DNA from: Candidatus Poribacteria bacterium
GTDB lineage: Bacteria > Poribacteria > WGA-4E > PCPOR2b
DNA length: 64,000 nucleotides
Assembly (NCBI GenBank): GCA_965116925.1
Contig: OZ220744.1
Location: 736,001-800,000, forward strand
Reading direction: 5' to 3'
The position numbers were made by a program, and so were the translations under genes. The notes below the pieces were generated by a model. That model was not told where the DNA came from. It was given only the letters and a program-made list of their open reading frames with translations, and did no database searches. Positions 31,648 to 43,010 of this stretch are shown here, in pieces (the stretch's first letter is position 1; each line of letters starts with the position of its first letter).

Positions 31648-32685
31648 ATGGAGAACGAACAGTTGAACGCCACCAATTCCGTTGATGTACCAGATGCAGA
31701 TTTAGAAGCTGCAGAATTTCTGAAAAATGCGCGAGAATCAATTTTGAATGAACTCAAGAAACGAATCGTTGGTCAACAAGCGGTTATCGATGAATTGTTG
31801 ATTGCGCTTTTTTCGCAAGGACACTGTTTACTTGTGGGAGTGCCCGGGCTAGCCAAGACGCTGCTTATCAATAGTCTGGCTCAAATTTTAGATCTTGACT
31901 TTAGTCGTATCCAATTCACGCCGGATCTGATGCCGTCAGACATCATCGGTACTGACATCATTCAGGACGATGTGGAGACCGGCAGACGATTTTTTCGGTT
32001 TATCAAGGGACCTGTTTTTGCTAATATCGTGCTAGCAGATGAGATAAATCGTACGCCCCCCAAAACCCAAGCGGCACTATTGCAAGCTATGCAGGAGTAC
32101 AAAGTCTCCGCGGGCGGCACAACTTATGAGCTAGATCGTCCCTTCTTTGTGTTAGCGACGCAGAATCCGATTGAGCAGGAGGGCACATATCCGCTGCCTG
32201 AAGCGCAGCTGGATCGGTTCATGTTCAACATCTATCTCGACTACCCCGATCCCGCCGATGAAAAACAGGTTGTCATGACGACGACCTCCGCATACGAACC
32301 GCAGCTAGACGCTGTCATCACAAGCGAAGAGATCTTGCGCCTGCAGCAGGTTGTTCGGAAGGTTCCGATTGCGGAATCAATCGTTGATTACGCGGTTGCA
32401 TTGAGTCACCGTTCTCGTCCAAATGCGCCGGAAGCACCGGATTTCATCAAGGATTGGGTTAATTGGGGCGCAGGTCCCAGAGCATCGCAATATCTTGTGC
32501 TTGGAGCGAAAGCGCGAGCGATTACGCATGGTCGCTATCATGTCGCTTACGACGATATCCGCGCTGTTGCCAAGCCGGTGCTGCGACACCGTATCCTTAC
32601 GAACTTCAACGCCGAAGCCGATGGGATATCAAGCCTTGATATCATCGATCGATTGCTAGACTTGGTGCGACCGAATGAAACTTAG
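31648..32685 (+). CDS. MoxR family AAA+ ATPase
   Basis: [49 protein letters not shown]. Confidence 0.96.
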   Translation: MENEQLNATNSVDVPDADLEAAEFLKNARESILNELKKRIVGQQAVIDELLIALFSQGHCLLVGVPGLAKTLLINSLAQILDLDFSRIQFTPDLMPSDIIGTDIIQDDVETGRRFFRFIKGPVFANIVLADEINRTPPKTQAALLQAMQEYKVSAGGTTYELDRPFFVLATQNPIEQEGTYPLPEAQLDRFMFNIYLDYPDPADEKQVVMTTTSAYEPQLDAVITSEEILRLQQVVRKVPIAESIVDYAVALSHRSRPNAPEAPDFIKDWVNWGAGPRASQYLVLGAKARAITHGRYHVAYDDIRAVAKPVLRHRILTNFNAEADGISSLDIIDRLLDLVRPNET

Positions 32686-32902
32686 ATAGCAGTATATACA
32701 GGAAAACGGGAAGACGGGAAAACCAGAAAACGGGAGGAAGCGAGAGTGAGGAAGCAGGGGAGCGAGTTTTTGAGGACTTGCCTGCTCACACATTCGCTCC
32801 TCCGTCTGCTCATTTTCTCGTCTTATACAGACGCGCTGATGCTTTCCGAGTTACGGACTGTAACCGTCAACTCATTACACCTGAATATTGGAGGTAATTT
32901 AT

Positions 32903-33688
32903 ATGCGACGTAACAAGCTACGAGAGTTGTTGAACGAGGGAAAACCGACGCTCGGCACTCATATCCATAGCACTTGGCCCTCCGTTGTCGAAGCGATTGG
33001 GCATACAGGATTGTACGATTATGTTGAATTTGTGGCAGAATATGGTCCCTTCGATCTGCACGATCTTGATAACTTGGGTCGGGCGGCGGATTTATATGGT
33101 ATGTCTAGCATGATCAAGGTTGACCAAGAGCCGCGCGGCTTTATCGCACAACGTGCAATCGGCTCCGGTTTCCAGAGCGTGTTGTTCGCCGACTGCCATA
33201 CGGTAGAAGATGTCAAGGAATGTGTGAAGATCTCACGTCCGGATACCCCCGAAGATGGCGGTTCCTATGGTGTTGCTACTCGCCGTTTTACATACATGGG
33301 GTACGGCGGCTCCCAAACATACGTTGAGGCGATTAGGGATGTCGTCGTGGTGATTATGATCGAGAAGGCGGGCACTGTTGATAACCTAGAGGAAGTTCTT
33401 TCGGTCAATGGGGTTGACATGATCCAGTGGGGTGGATCCGACTACTCGATGAATATTGGCAAAGTCGGTGAACGGGGTTCACCCGAAATTCAAGCAGCCG
33501 AGCGTAAGGTGTTTGAAACTGCGATAAAGATGGGTGTACCACCGCGTGCCGAGGTCAATACGGTGGATTCGGCGAAAGCCTACCTTGATATGGGGGTGCG
33601 CCATTTCTGCATCGGCACCGATATTTCAATCCTTTTCGATTGGTGGAAGACACACGGTGACGATTTTAGGAAAGCACTCGAAGCGTGA
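32903..33688 (+). CDS. HpcH/HpaI aldolase family protein
   Basis: AEYGP, IMIEK, GGSDYS; start ATG 32903 behind GGAGG. Confidence 0.85.
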   Translation: MRRNKLRELLNEGKPTLGTHIHSTWPSVVEAIGHTGLYDYVEFVAEYGPFDLHDLDNLGRAADLYGMSSMIKVDQEPRGFIAQRAIGSGFQSVLFADCHTVEDVKECVKISRPDTPEDGGSYGVATRRFTYMGYGGSQTYVEAIRDVVVVIMIEKAGTVDNLEEVLSVNGVDMIQWGGSDYSMNIGKVGERGSPEIQAAERKVFETAIKMGVPPRAEVNTVDSAKAYLDMGVRHFCIGTDISILFDWWKTHGDDFRKALEA

Positions 33689-33827
33689 AACGTGATGCGT
33701 GAAGCGTGATGCACAAGCGCGGGAGCGTGGGAGCGGGTGGACGAGGGAGCGAGGGAGTGAGAAAAGACACTCGCTTCCTCGTCGGTTTGCTTCTGATCTT
33801 CCTGTTATGCTTCACGCTTCATTGATT

Positions 33828-33935
33828 TATAGTGGATCTTAGAATTAATGAGACACCCAAAATCGGCGCAGTTGGAAACAGCGCCTACCAAACATGGGGA
33901 GCGAAAGTGTTCATTTATTTTTTGAATTCACTATA
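33828..33935. mobile_element. TATAGTG-ended MITE with GGCGCAGTTGGAAACAGCGCCTAC hairpin
   Basis: Nearly identical to 61697-61803. Confidence 0.8.
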
Positions 33936-33967
33936 GAAGGAGGCGTGGCTCGTGCCACGGAGACGGT

Positions 33968-34555
33968 GTGAAACGTAAAGCTGAGGTTGTCCGCGAAACG
34001 CGGGAAACGCAAATTACGCTTAAGCTCAATATTGATGGTTCAGGAGAGTCCAATATCATTACCGGCGTTGGGTTTCTGGACCACCTACTTGAACTCTTTG
34101 CCAAACACGGATTCTTTGATCTCGAAGTAAATGCTACAGGCGACCTTCACGTTGACGCACACCACACTGTCGAAGATGTGGGCATCTGTTTAGGGGAGGC
34201 TTTCATGAACGCAATCGGAGACAAAGCCGGGATGCGTCGATTTGGCAGTTTCACCGTTCCGATGTATGAGGCACTTGCACAGGTTGATCTGGATTTCTGC
34301 GGTCGCCCCTACCTTCATTACCAAACGCCCCTCAATCATGGACAGATAGGTGCCTTCGACGTGGAACTTGCTGAGGAATTTTTCCACGGGTTTGTCAACC
34401 ATAGCGGAACGACGTTGCACATCAATGTCCCTTACGGGACCAATCGTCACCATATCATTGAAGCGATTTTTAAGGCGGTCGCAAAAGCACTTGATATTTC
34501 CACAAGTATTGATGATCGCGTGAGCGGTGTGCTTTCAACAAAAGGCACGTTATAA
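33968..34555 (+). CDS. hisB: Imidazoleglycerol-phosphate dehydratase
   Basis: [34 protein letters not shown]. Confidence 0.97.
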   Translation: MKRKAEVVRETRETQITLKLNIDGSGESNIITGVGFLDHLLELFAKHGFFDLEVNATGDLHVDAHHTVEDVGICLGEAFMNAIGDKAGMRRFGSFTVPMYEALAQVDLDFCGRPYLHYQTPLNHGQIGAFDVELAEEFFHGFVNHSGTTLHINVPYGTNRHHIIEAIFKAVAKALDISTSIDDRVSGVLSTKGTL

Positions 34556-34852
34556 AAAAATAACGAGTAATACGTAAGGGGTTATCTGTCTAACGACGTT
34601 CTTTTTAGAGTGGACCATTATTTGCTTTCTTGTACCCACCAACTGTATAGAAGAATTGACCTATCTCTTCAACCGAAGGATTTTTTTGTAAACTAGTCCC
34701 CTCTCTCCTGCGTTTATCTCCAAATCTGGGTAAGCCATCGTGAAAGATACTTGCCGTGTATTTAAGGTCCTTATGGAATCGGCAGCTATCTTTCGGTGAT
34801 CTGCTAAATTAGTGAACGGTTTATCCGATTCCAGATCCGATGGAGAAACGCA

Positions 34853-37800
34853 TTGACTTTGATCGGTACAAAAATTTCCCGCCCGTCTTCCTTCTTCATC
34901 CTTGCGTTCATTTTTGCCACGTTACATCCTCCCGCTGCTCAAGCCGAACCTGTTCTCAAAGACGTATCGCTGACAGAATACTACATGAAACGCCGCGCCC
35001 TAGCACTTGATACGGAAGAAACGGAGCCTCCAACCCAGCTTGCCGAAGAATCGAAGACACAAGATTTCTGGGCGGCTCCAGCGGATCCGGCTACAGACCC
35101 GTGGACAACCGAGCCGCTCCCGGCAGCCGAAGAAACAGAAGAGCAGGACATCCGCCTAGAGATGTTGACGCCGTACTACGAATCGTTGCGCCGGTGGAAG
35201 AATCCACCTTTCCTCCTTGATCTCCGCGACCTTGATGACTTACGCGAGGGACAACGGGAAGAGGAGGAGAAGGGGATTGCGCTGCCCCTCCAGTCTAATC
35301 TCCAGATCACGGGTCATAAGTCGGTAACAGTTGAATTACACCAGACGCACTATTTTGGCGAAGGTGATATCAACCGTTATGGCGGCAGTTATGGAGGGGG
35401 TAGTTTTGGCTCCGGCCTGGATCTTGGGTTGACCTCCTCCTATACCTACGATAGCTTTGGTAGCGGTTTCGGTGGCGGGTATGGTGGTGGATACGGTGGC
35501 GGTTTCGGTGGCGGGTATGGTGGCGGTTTCGGCGGCGGATATGGTGGTGGATATGACAGCGGTTTTGGGAGCGGTCGTTACGGCGTGCCTCGCGATACGG
35601 GGATAAATATTCGGCAAACCCTCGAAGTAGGCTTGCATGGGCGGGTTGGAGAACATACCCATGTTGAGGTTGACTATAGCGACTCCGGTGGCGGCTATGG
35701 CGGTGGATACGGTGGCTATAGCAGCGGTTACGGCGGTGGATACGGCGGTGCAAAGGAGCAGAAAATCCGCGTTTGGTATGAAGGGTCAGAAACGAGTATC
35801 CTCAAAACGCTTTCTTTTGGCGATCTAACACTTAACCTACCCAATACCCGCTTTTTGAACGTCAATCGCAATCTGTTTGGACTTGAGGCGGTCGCCCAAC
35901 TTGGTGGGGCAAAGTTGACGGCATTTGGCTCCCGCAGCAAAGGTATCACTGATATACGCCGTTTCCGTGGGGAGTCACGACGGGCAGGCGGTGGCAGAGG
36001 TCTCCCAATTCCTGATGCGAATTATGTTAAAGAACGGTTTTACCTTATTCAACTCGGCGAAGATGAACTCCTCCACGATTCCTACCGTCCAATTCAGCGT
36101 GGCAGTGAGGAAATCTATATTGACGATAACGTCGCGAGCAACAATCAGGGCGGCGTGCGGACGGGGCGCGGCTACTTCAACCTCCAACAAGCGGGGCGGG
36201 ACTATAATATCAATTACGAAACCGGTGAAATCGAGTTCTTAACGCCGATTTCCGCTAGCTACGAGATTGTCGTCGCTTATGAATATCTCGGCGAGGGCGG
36301 TGGTATGGTTGGAAAACCGGGGAATGTCTTTGAGGACGAGAACGGTGATGGCACGGTTGATGAAGAGGGAGAGGAAATCGGCTATGTCACCCTCAAAGGG
36401 AAAAGCCTGCGAGGCACAGAATCGAGACGCGTGTATAGTCTTGGCAACCGGAATATTAGCCCACGGGATTACCAAATCGCCATTGTGCGTCAGGGGAGTG
36501 GCGAATCGTTCGATACAGGGAGCGGAGAAATTCCGTATATCCAGATCTTTGGACTAGATGAAAATGGAGATGGTATCGTTGATCCGGAGTTTATCGACTT
36601 TGACCGAGGCATCCTGACGTTTCCTGATTTGCGTCCCTTTGTCATCGATGACCCCGCAAGTCCTTACTACCAATTTCGTGAACAGTTAAGCAACGAAGCC
36701 ATCTACCTCGAAAACCCAAGGACGACCGATGCGGCTTACACGATCATCGTAGATTATTCTTTTCAATCGGAGACGTACAACGTTGGGCTGTTTGTTATCC
36801 CAAACAGTGAGAAGGTGAGACTCAATGGGCAACTGCTGCAGCGCGATGTTGATTATACAATGATCTATGAAGTAGGAAGCCTTCGTTTTTTTACGGAACT
36901 TGATGAGTTCGACGAAATCGTGGTTGAATTTGAGAGAACTCCATTCGGTGGATCGCTGCAACAAACGGTTGCCGGAGTATGGCTAGAATATTCCTATATT
37001 CCCAAACCGAAGACAGAGAAGAAAGAGCAGAAGTTCGATCGGTTTGAGCGGCTTATCGGTAGGATTGATGGCCGGGAAATAGACGATCGGTCTGACATTG
37101 AGGACAGTCCCTTCGGCCGAAGGTCCCCGGGTGGATTTGGCGGCAGTCAATTTGGTGGCGGTAGGTCCCGTGGTTTTGGCGGTGGATTTGGCGGCGGCTT
37201 TGGTGGATACTCAAGTTTAGGTGGTCGATCTAGGCGAGGATTGCGCGCCGGTGGCAGTAGCTATTTTAATCCTACATTCCAGAAAGGATTTAGCTTTGCA
37301 ACAGGTTATATCCTGAACACCGGACAAAAACCGTCTCGTATCCCCGACGTCAACGGTGCGCCGAGCCGATTGCAGGCTGTCAATTTCAACACCAGCTTTG
37401 GCAGGGATTTCAATTTAGCATGGCTGTTGAACCCACTACCATTTGTCGCAATGCGTAATTTTCCGTTGTCAATAAATTTCAGCGGGGAAACAGCATTCTC
37501 GCACAATAACCCAAACAGTGTCGGGCTTGCCCTGATTGATAGTATGGAAGGGGCGCGGGAGGCGTCAAATACTCCTACGTTCAAACATCATTGGCGTGTG
37601 AGCAGTCTACCTGTCGCAGAAGGGGTGACCTTGGATAATCGCGCCCTTTTTCGGGTGCTCGCACGGGATCGCAACGAATCCCAAGCTGTTGGCAACTATA
37701 TGCGCAATCGTGAGGTGCCTGCATCGGTGATTAATCCGCTGGCAAACTCAACGGAAGAACGCCTCATCATGGAGGTTGGTTATGATCTGACAGATGTCAT

Positions 37801-40800
37801 TGAAGAGTGGGGCGGCTTTTCATACGGTTTGTCCGCCTCCGGCGAGGATTTCTCGGAACGCCAATTCCTCGAAATTTGGTTTCGTGTGCGTGGTGACTCG
37901 GATGTGACGTTGCATATCGATCTGGGTGTGGTCAGCGAAGATAGCGACTTGGATAACCGACTTGACACCGAAGATCTGCCACCGGAGCTAGAAGATATTA
38001 ACGGGGATGGAAAAGTCGACACGTTAGACCTTGATTTGGAAAATCTGCCTGCTTCCCACAAATTCCGCGCAAATGGCTCGTTGGACACAGGTGAGGATGT
38101 CGGGTGGGAGTATAGTGCTGGGTTCCAACCGACGAAAGTTGGGCCCAACAACACGGTTATGGATACGGAAGACCTTAACGGAGATGGCGTACTAGACACT
38201 GTCGATGCCTACCTTGAGATCAAAATTCCGCTCAACGATATCCCTGAAGAGTGGCTAAAACGGCAACATCCGAATGGCTGGACATTTCTAAGCATCCCCC
38301 TTAGCGCAGCCACAACTGAAGGCAATCGTCTACCGAACCTTGGTTTTATTCAACACCTGCGTTTTTGGTTACAGAAGAACAGATCCGGAACTGTCACAGG
38401 CAAATTTGAATGGGCGTCCATTGAGGTAGTCGGGGTGCAGTGGGAGCGCGGTGTGGTGACACGAAATGACGCAATTACCAACGATGCAGCCGAGCGGTTT
38501 ACCGTTGGGACCAAAGACAACTTCAATTTCAACGATTATCAGGCTGCTTATGACCAGATTAAGGAGGAGGACGATTTCAAAAGGTTACACCCCTTTACAG
38601 AATCGACATACGGTTACCAACAACGACAGCAGCGCGAACAAACACTGACGTTGAATTATGTACTTCTGCCGGAATCCTTCGGTGTGACATCACGAGTATT
38701 GCGCGGTCTGCAACATGGCGAAGGGCAAGATTTTTCAAAACACGACACGCTCAGATTGTGGATTTACGGCGACAGAAGCGAGACGACATTTGTGTTGCGC
38801 CTTGCGCCAAGCATCCGCACCGGATTTCGGTCTACTTATCGTTCTGCAGGTCCCTTTGAGGATCCGCAGGACCAAGAGGAAGATATCAATGTCTTTGAAA
38901 ATTTGAGGGATTTCTATGAATACACACGGGTGATTGATTTTGATGGCTGGAAACTGATTGAAATTGAGTTGCACGATCTAAAGCGAAATGAATATCCTGA
39001 TGCGAGCCCACTAACCGATCTAGGCGGCGTTATACCGCAGACAGGTCAAATTAGTCAACTGGATCCAACGACCTTGACGGACCCATCAACTGAGCCAGAG
39101 ATAGATGCCAACGCACCAGATGGACATCCAGATGGTTTCGTTGTGCGGGGCACAAACAGTTCCCAACTTTCGATAAAGAATGTTGGAGGCATTTTAATTG
39201 GCATCCGCAATGACACATCGCGGGAGATTGGTGGGGAATTGTGGGTCAACGAAATTCATCTAAGCAATCCGCTGGTCCGTTCAGGTTGGGCCCGGCGCGC
39301 CAACATGAACGTCAAACTTGGCAATCTGTTCAAGGTAGACGGTGGATATGCAAGGCAAGATAAGGACTTCGAGAATTCTGCCGGCGATACAGGGCGCCAA
39401 CGTCGCCACGATCTGGGATATAGCACGACTAGCAATGACTTCAATATCAATACCGAGCTCACCCTCTTTTCTTGGCTTCCCATCCGCTACTCGGTGCGAG
39501 AGGATGAATCTGAGACAGAGAGCCGGCGCGGATCTTTTAGTTCCTTCCAAAGTGGAAAGAGTAAAACAAAGAATCGGGATTTTTCGGCGAGTTTGAATTT
39601 GCGTCCACTTCCAGTGTTGGGGTTCGCGCTCAATCGCCAAGATTTCTGGAATGAACGCCAAGGCACGGAACTCAGCGATCTCTATACCGGTTCTTTCCAG
39701 TTCGATCTCGGTTCATTTTTTGGGCTGGATGTTCAGTATCATCACGAAGACGTTGAAACGGATTCGTCAACGGCGACAGATACCTCTAGCGGCAGCAGTT
39801 CTTCCTTTGGGAGCTACTATGGGCGCAGCCGAGATGAAAAGGTGGACAGCGGCAGTATTTCGATCGATATCAGCCCGTTTGAGAGTTTTAGCCTGAATCC
39901 GCAGTACGAAGTCCGCCGCACCCTTGAGAAACAGGATCCCAGTGCTCAAGGCGGACGTGGTTTCAGCAGTTTCGCGCAATCGACGACCTCAACAATGGAG
40001 GAGACAGAAGAACCGGCAGCAGTTCCTATATTCACCATTGCGGAACGAGAACATCGAATTGCTCTGAATCCACGTTTGAATCGGGATTTGCTAGGCATCC
40101 GTCCAACGATTAATAACCGAGTTAGCCTGAACGAGAACTGGTTTGGCGATCGAAAAGATGCCCGGATCAGCGCGAATGTCAGCTTAGGCCTCAATGTCCG
40201 TCCACGGGCGTGGTTCGGTTGGTTGTTCCGAGAGCCGGAACCTGAAACATCTCCCGAAGAAGAGGGGGAACAGGGGGCAGCAAAAGAAGGAGAGGAGGAA
40301 AACAGGGAACCGGGTGGTCCAACATCTAAATCGTCCTCAGAATTTGACAGCTTTGAGGAAGAAGCGCGCCTTGAGGAGAAGCGTCAACGAGAACTTGACC
40401 GGCTTGAACGGATGGGCATCGATTCCGAGACAATTCAAGACGCAGAGGATCAGCGCGGGGACTGGATCCGTCGTGATAAGGCAGAACTGGCACGGAAACT
40501 GAAAGAGCGAGAGGGTAAGCAAGAGGAAAAGAAAGCCGGCATTATTCAACGAAGCATCGAAAGTCTTGGGTTGAACGCGAATGTTAGTCTCAACAACCAA
40601 GATTCTCTGCGGGGATTGGAGCCGGGTATGCGGATTGCGGATATTTTACAACTTCCAGATGAGGCTGAGGAGCGCACCCAGTCGCGCCAAGGGACGCGCT
40701 ACAGTTTTCGGACATCGGTTGATCCGTGGAGTTGGGCATCACTCGGCGGCAACATTGACCTCAGCAACAATTTCACCAAGTCTTCGAGTACCTCCTCCAG

Positions 40801-41371
40801 ATCCGAGTCCCTCCGTTATGAAGGGGATGTTAAGATTTTCAACTCAAAAAACACATCAAGCCTGCAGCTGAGATACGGTTATACGCTACGAGATCAGAGC
40901 AATATCAGTACCCAGATTGGTCAGAGTACCGCTCATGAACCGTCAGTGAGTTGGAGTCATACATGGGGCGAGACGACAAGAACCGCATTTGGTATCCGCC
41001 TCACGGAACGCGACGGGGAACGAAGCGGGATTGATACGACCTCGTTTATTATTACACCGAACTTTAGCATTGATTACCGGGTGCGGATAGAAGGTGGCAT
41101 TCGGCTTCCCTTTATCGGCAAGGTGCCCCTTGAGCACGACTTAGATCTCAGTAACACCCTTTCAACGGTTATCCGTCGCGAACGGTTCGGGGCGAATCGA
41201 GAAGAACGGTCTGAGCGATATGAAACGTCTCTGCGGGTTGGGTATAGATTGAGCGAACGGCTCACTGCTGATCTGAGTCTTGGCTTGAGCTACAATAACG
41301 ATCGCGTTGAAGAGGGACGGGATTTTATTTCGGTGGCGAGTGCGTTGACGGTTCGCGGCGAGTTTGAGTGA
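34853..41371 (+). CDS. Very large outer-membrane protein, SprA/Sov (type IX secretion translocon)-like
   Basis: Signal peptide ending AQA; LSFGD...LFGL, RDYNINYETG, VRLNGQLLQRDVDYTMIYEVG, ALIDSMEG, DTEDLNGDGVLDT, ELWVNEIHL...GWA; alternating beta-strand pattern ending VRGEFE. Confidence 0.7.
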   Translation: MTLIGTKISRPSSFFILAFIFATLHPPAAQAEPVLKDVSLTEYYMKRRALALDTEETEPPTQLAEESKTQDFWAAPADPATDPWTTEPLPAAEETEEQDIRLEMLTPYYESLRRWKNPPFLLDLRDLDDLREGQREEEEKGIALPLQSNLQITGHKSVTVELHQTHYFGEGDINRYGGSYGGGSFGSGLDLGLTSSYTYDSFGSGFGGGYGGGYGGGFGGGYGGGFGGGYGGGYDSGFGSGRYGVPRDTGINIRQTLEVGLHGRVGEHTHVEVDYSDSGGGYGGGYGGYSSGYGGGYGGAKEQKIRVWYEGSETSILKTLSFGDLTLNLPNTRFLNVNRNLFGLEAVAQLGGAKLTAFGSRSKGITDIRRFRGESRRAGGGRGLPIPDANYVKERFYLIQLGEDELLHDSYRPIQRGSEEIYIDDNVASNNQGGVRTGRGYFNLQQAGRDYNINYETGEIEFLTPISASYEIVVAYEYLGEGGGMVGKPGNVFEDENGDGTVDEEGEEIGYVTLKGKSLRGTESRRVYSLGNRNISPRDYQIAIVRQGSGESFDTGSGEIPYIQIFGLDENGDGIVDPEFIDFDRGILTFPDLRPFVIDDPASPYYQFREQLSNEAIYLENPRTTDAAYTIIVDYSFQSETYNVGLFVIPNSEKVRLNGQLLQRDVDYTMIYEVGSLRFFTELDEFDEIVVEFERTPFGGSLQQTVAGVWLEYSYIPKPKTEKKEQKFDRFERLIGRIDGREIDDRSDIEDSPFGRRSPGGFGGSQFGGGRSRGFGGGFGGGFGGYSSLGGRSRRGLRAGGSSYFNPTFQKGFSFATGYILNTGQKPSRIPDVNGAPSRLQAVNFNTSFGRDFNLAWLLNPLPFVAMRNFPLSINFSGETAFSHNNPNSVGLALIDSMEGAREASNTPTFKHHWRVSSLPVAEGVTLDNRALFRVLARDRNESQAVGNYMRNREVPASVINPLANSTEERLIMEVGYDLTDVIEEWGGFSYGLSASGEDFSERQFLEIWFRVRGDSDVTLHIDLGVVSEDSDLDNRLDTEDLPPELEDINGDGKVDTLDLDLENLPASHKFRANGSLDTGEDVGWEYSAGFQPTKVGPNNTVMDTEDLNGDGVLDTVDAYLEIKIPLNDIPEEWLKRQHPNGWTFLSIPLSAATTEGNRLPNLGFIQHLRFWLQKNRSGTVTGKFEWASIEVVGVQWERGVVTRNDAITNDAAERFTVGTKDNFNFNDYQAAYDQIKEEDDFKRLHPFTESTYGYQQRQQREQTLTLNYVLLPESFGVTSRVLRGLQHGEGQDFSKHDTLRLWIYGDRSETTFVLRLAPSIRTGFRSTYRSAGPFEDPQDQEEDINVFENLRDFYEYTRVIDFDGWKLIEIELHDLKRNEYPDASPLTDLGGVIPQTGQISQLDPTTLTDPSTEPEIDANAPDGHPDGFVVRGTNSSQLSIKNVGGILIGIRNDTSREIGGELWVNEIHLSNPLVRSGWARRANMNVKLGNLFKVDGGYARQDKDFENSAGDTGRQRRHDLGYSTTSNDFNINTELTLFSWLPIRYSVREDESETESRRGSFSSFQSGKSKTKNRDFSASLNLRPLPVLGFALNRQDFWNERQGTELSDLYTGSFQFDLGSFFGLDVQYHHEDVETDSSTATDTSSGSSSSFGSYYGRSRDEKVDSGSISIDISPFESFSLNPQYEVRRTLEKQDPSAQGGRGFSSFAQSTTSTMEETEEPAAVPIFTIAEREHRIALNPRLNRDLLGIRPTINNRVSLNENWFGDRKDARISANVSLGLNVRPRAWFGWLFREPEPETSPEEEGEQGAAKEGEEENREPGGPTSKSSSEFDSFEEEARLEEKRQRELDRLERMGIDSETIQDAEDQRGDWIRRDKAELARKLKEREGKQEEKKAGIIQRSIESLGLNANVSLNNQDSLRGLEPGMRIADILQLPDEAEERTQSRQGTRYSFRTSVDPWSWASLGGNIDLSNNFTKSSSTSSRSESLRYEGDVKIFNSKNTSSLQLRYGYTLRDQSNISTQIGQSTAHEPSVSWSHTWGETTRTAFGIRLTERDGERSGIDTTSFIITPNFSIDYRVRIEGGIRLPFIGKVPLEHDLDLSNTLSTVIRRERFGANREERSERYETSLRVGYRLSERLTADLSLGLSYNNDRVEEGRDFISVASALTVRGEFE

Positions 41372-43010
41372 TTGTAAGGGACTGATTCGGTTTTACATCA
41401 GCAAGCTGATCGGCGTTCCCACTGTCCCACCGGACCGTAATTGCGTCAATTTGGGAATCATCTCCAACTCCGAAGATAGCGGTGAGTTCGCTCTGTGAGC
41501 AGTAGCTTGCTCCACTTTTCAGTATGCGCCTCTGTGTCCCGGATTTGGACTGTACGGTAATTTCCGCGCCGATTCCACTCCGATTGCTCTTGGTCCCGAT
41601 CAGTTTTAGCTTAATCCAATTGTTTCGATTCCCACCATCGTTACGGTATAGACGGGCTGCTGTATTGGAAGTATTGACCAACACATCCCAATCGCCATCG
41701 TTATCAATGTCCCCATACGCCGCACCGCGTCCGACGATCGGCTGTCGGAGATCTGAGCCGACTTTTGGTGCAACATCTTCAAACTGACCGTTACCGATGT
41801 TGTGGAACAGATGCGGTGGCTGTGCATAGGTTACTTCGCTCTGCACGGCATTGATATCGTTTTCAATGTGGCCATTGGCTGCGAAAATATCGAGTTTCCC
41901 ATCTAGGTCGAAATCGAAAAAGAAACAGCCAAATGTCAACGTTAGCAAGCTTGGAAGTCCAATCTTGGCAATAGGAGCATCATCAATAAAAAGCTCCGCC
42001 TCATTACGGTAAAGATTCATCATCTCATTGGAGAAATTGCCAATAACGAGGCTTTCCCGTCCGCTGCCATCGTAGTCCCCGGTGTCAACCCCCATCGCCC
42101 CTGTCGCAACACCTCTTTCGTCGAAAGCAACGCCGGTTTCTAGCCCCCTTTCGATAAAGGTCCCATCCCCGTTGTTCTGATAGAGCTTATTCGGTTGTGT
42201 GTCATTTGCTTCAAAGATGTCGGGGAAGCCATCGTTGTTGTAGTCAAATACGCAGACGCCGAGCGATTTACTAGTTGGGTCTTCAATCAGGGCAATTCGC
42301 GAAACATCGGTGAACGTCCCATCGCCACGATTCCTGAATAGTTTGCTCGCTTGACCCGGATACGATCTGGGACCGCAGTACGATTGATTCACACCATCTA
42401 ACGTGCAGAAAAGGTTGGTCTCAGGGGTCCATTCCACGTAATTGGCGACAAAGAGATCAAGATTACCATCTTTATCGTAATCTAGCCAAGCGCAGCTTGT
42501 GCCTAAACCGGGGTTATCGATTCCGGCAGCTTCCGTTGCATCAATAAAGGTTCCATCTCCTTGATTCTGGAATAACCGATCAGCCCCCAAGCAGCTTATA
42601 TACAGATCTGCATCACCGTCGTTATCGTAGTCGGCAGCGGCAACACCAAGCCCATACAATTCCACGGCAAGCCCGGCAGTTTCTGTGACATCTGTGAACG
42701 TTCCGTCTTGGTTGTTCCGATAGAGCCCCATTGTTTGCCGCCTTCCGGTGGGGTGTCCCGCCCAATCTTTACCGTTCACCAACAGAATATCCTGCCAGCC
42801 ATCGTTGTTGTAGTCAATAAACGCACAACCAGAAGCGATCTCTTCGGGAAGGTACTTTTCGCCAAACGCACCGGTGTTGTGGACAAAATCGATCCCTGCT
42901 TTGCTTGTAATATCGACAAATTGGGGGAGTGTTTCTGCGGCAGTTGCGCTTCGTATCCAGATTAGAGATATGAAGATAAAAATCCATTGTGTTGATGAGG
43001 TGGTTTTCAT
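41325..43010 (-). CDS. CRTAC1 / ASPIC-UnbV protein with FG-GAP repeats, secreted
   Basis: Signal peptide; repeated DYDNDG/DFDLDG; GRGAAYGDIDNDGD; C-terminal SNRSGIGA...SYCSQS. Confidence 0.92.
   Translation of the reverse strand: MKTTSSTQWIFIFISLIWIRSATAAETLPQFVDITSKAGIDFVHNTGAFGEKYLPEEIASGCAFIDYNNDGWQDILLVNGKDWAGHPTGRRQTMGLYRNNQDGTFTDVTETAGLAVELYGLGVAAADYDNDGDADLYISCLGADRLFQNQGDGTFIDATEAAGIDNPGLGTSCAWLDYDKDGNLDLFVANYVEWTPETNLFCTLDGVNQSYCGPRSYPGQASKLFRNRGDGTFTDVSRIALIEDPTSKSLGVCVFDYNNDGFPDIFEANDTQPNKLYQNNGDGTFIERGLETGVAFDERGVATGAMGVDTGDYDGSGRESLVIGNFSNEMMNLYRNEAELFIDDAPIAKIGLPSLLTLTFGCFFFDFDLDGKLDIFAANGHIENDINAVQSEVTYAQPPHLFHNIGNGQFEDVAPKVGSDLRQPIVGRGAAYGDIDNDGDWDVLVNTSNTAARLYRNDGGNRNNWIKLKLIGTKSNRSGIGAEITVQSKSGTQRRILKSGASYCSQSELTAIFGVGDDSQIDAITVRWDSGNADQLADVKPNQSLTITQTRREPSTHSPPK

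Noticed and set aside
41325..41371. 47-nt convergent overlap of the SprA-like and ASPIC/UnbV genes as an antisense system
   Set aside because: Short 3' overlaps are common and the ASPIC tail looks like a non-conserved extension
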